From: Candidatus Dormiibacterota bacterium
Lineage (GTDB): Bacteria; Chloroflexota; Dormibacteria; Aeolococcales; Aeolococcaceae
Assembly (NCBI GenBank): GCA_963709585.1
Contig: CAVPXI010000004.1
Coordinates: forward strand, 1 to 64,000
Length of the DNA stretch: 64,000 bases
Direction of reading: 5' to 3'
This document shows positions 63,033 to 64,000 of this stretch, piece after piece. Below the pieces are notes generated by a model, which saw nothing but the letters and a program-made list of their open reading frames with translations, did no database searches and was not told the origin of the DNA. The translations under genes were made by a program, and so were the position numbers. How positions within the stretch are numbered: position 1 is the stretch's first letter; every line of letters begins with the position of its first letter.

Positions 63033-64000
63033 TTCGTCCCCCGCAACTCCGGTGGTGGTCGTGGACGTCTGCAGCGTATTCAGAATTCGGCGTTCACATG
63101 GAGATTCCGTCGCTGGAGTTCGGTTCTGACCGCGCCATACGGTGTCAGTTAGGGTGTCAGGCGGCTCAAGGCTGACGAGGCTCGTGTGGCTGAGAGTTCG
63201 CTGACTCCCCTACCGAGTCGGTCACCGATTGTGAACAGCGAACTGGGAGGGCGCGGCCCGCTCCCCTTCTTGGAGATCTGCTAAGGCTGCGGGAGTTCCA
63301 CGTTTACTCCGTAGACAAGGATCTCCCATGTCATGGCTGGGTCAGCCTTGATGACCAGCGTTAGTGGAACCCCGGGCTGGATCGACCCGCCGCTACCGCT
63401 GATCTCTCCCGTGCAGGATTCTGTGCCGTCGGTCGACCCATCAGATCCGATGATCTCGAGCGATCCAGGTCCGGAGCACCTGAGCACGATATTTGCGTAC
63501 TCGGTTTTCGGCGTGAAGGTCGGAAGCGTGATGGAACCGCTGCCGTTGGTGGCAGGGACGAGGGGCGTAGCCCCTGCTGGCACCTTGAAATCCATTGGGT
63601 ACCCGGGGGCCGGCGTTGGCGGCACGATCTCGTAGGGTTTCGGCGCAGCCCCACTGAACTGCACGACGCGCGCCTCCCATGTCGTCGACTGTGTCGTCGC
63701 TATCCGCAGGGACACTGGTTGCCCGGTGACCTGATTCCGCGGCACCAGGAGGCCGTTGATGCCGGGTGAGGCGTTGCAGCTCTCTGACGTGTAGTCCACC
63801 GAACCATCGGACGAGAGGATGGTGATCGACCCGATTCCCATGCAGGCATACTGAATCCAGTACGGCTTGGTCGGAGTGAAGGTCGGCAGGGACGCTGACC
63901 CGTCGGCGTACGTGTCGCCGACCAAGAGCGGAAAGGCGCCCACCGGGAACGCGATACTCAGACTCGGAAAGTTCGCCGGCACCTGGCTTTCTGCGACGAG
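63033..64000. mobile_element. Edge of a tRNA-Ser-integrated genomic island (extends off window)
   Basis: Truncated tRNA repeat plus GGTGTCAG direct repeats at 63141 and 63153, resembling integrase arm-type sites. Confidence 0.6.
63281..64000 (-). CDS. Hypothetical protein with two ~95-aa repeated beta domains (5' end off window)
   Basis: Repeats share GSxxLPTFTP, CxGxGS, SDGS, ESC and TWE; frame open to the window edge. Confidence 0.7.
   Translation of the reverse strand, partial: LVAESQVPANFPSLSIAFPVGAFPLLVGDTYADGSASLPTFTPTKPYWIQYACMGIGSITILSSDGSVDYTSESCNASPGINGLLVPRNQVTGQPVSLRIATTQSTTWEARVVQFSGAAPKPYEIVPPTPAPGYPMDFKVPAGATPLVPATNGSGSITLPTFTPKTEYANIVLRCSGPGSLEIIGSDGSTDGTESCTGEISGSGGSIQPGVPLTLVIKADPAMTWEILVYGVNVELPQP

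Overview
High-GC bacterial chromosome segment. Gene content (leaderless-type starts, DegV, greA-lysS, hopanoid cluster) suggests a monoderm soil lineage such as Ca. Dormibacterota, Chloroflexota or Actinomycetota; this is inference only. Many single-base frameshifts in conserved genes indicate long-read indel errors. Bases 1-~5300 hold a filamentous-phage (inovirus-like) module that runs off the left edge: ssDNA-binding candidate, small membrane proteins, a pVIII-like major coat and a Gly-rich pIII-like adhesin. A second gene there fuses a complete, gaplessly alignable copy of the 48-aa mature coat protein to a ~175-aa secreted domain, which looks like natural pVIII phage display. 5300-6050 is a patchwork (IS21 left end, deoB fragment, inverted repeat, 126-nt structured element) and may be an assembly junction. 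The host backbone follows: orphan parA plus partner, GH15, argCJBDRGH with an ARG box, coaX, dusB, a promoter-and-terminator-bounded candidate sRNA, greA-lysS-serS, the hopanoid cluster (polyprenyl synthase, fni, hpnCDE, shc, hpnH, hpnA, hpnG), divergent phoR/phoB, thiOSGE, pstSCABB-phoU, surface and membrane proteins, and TetR/MarR units with visible operators. A tRNA-Ser 3' fragment (att site) marks an island that continues off the right edge.
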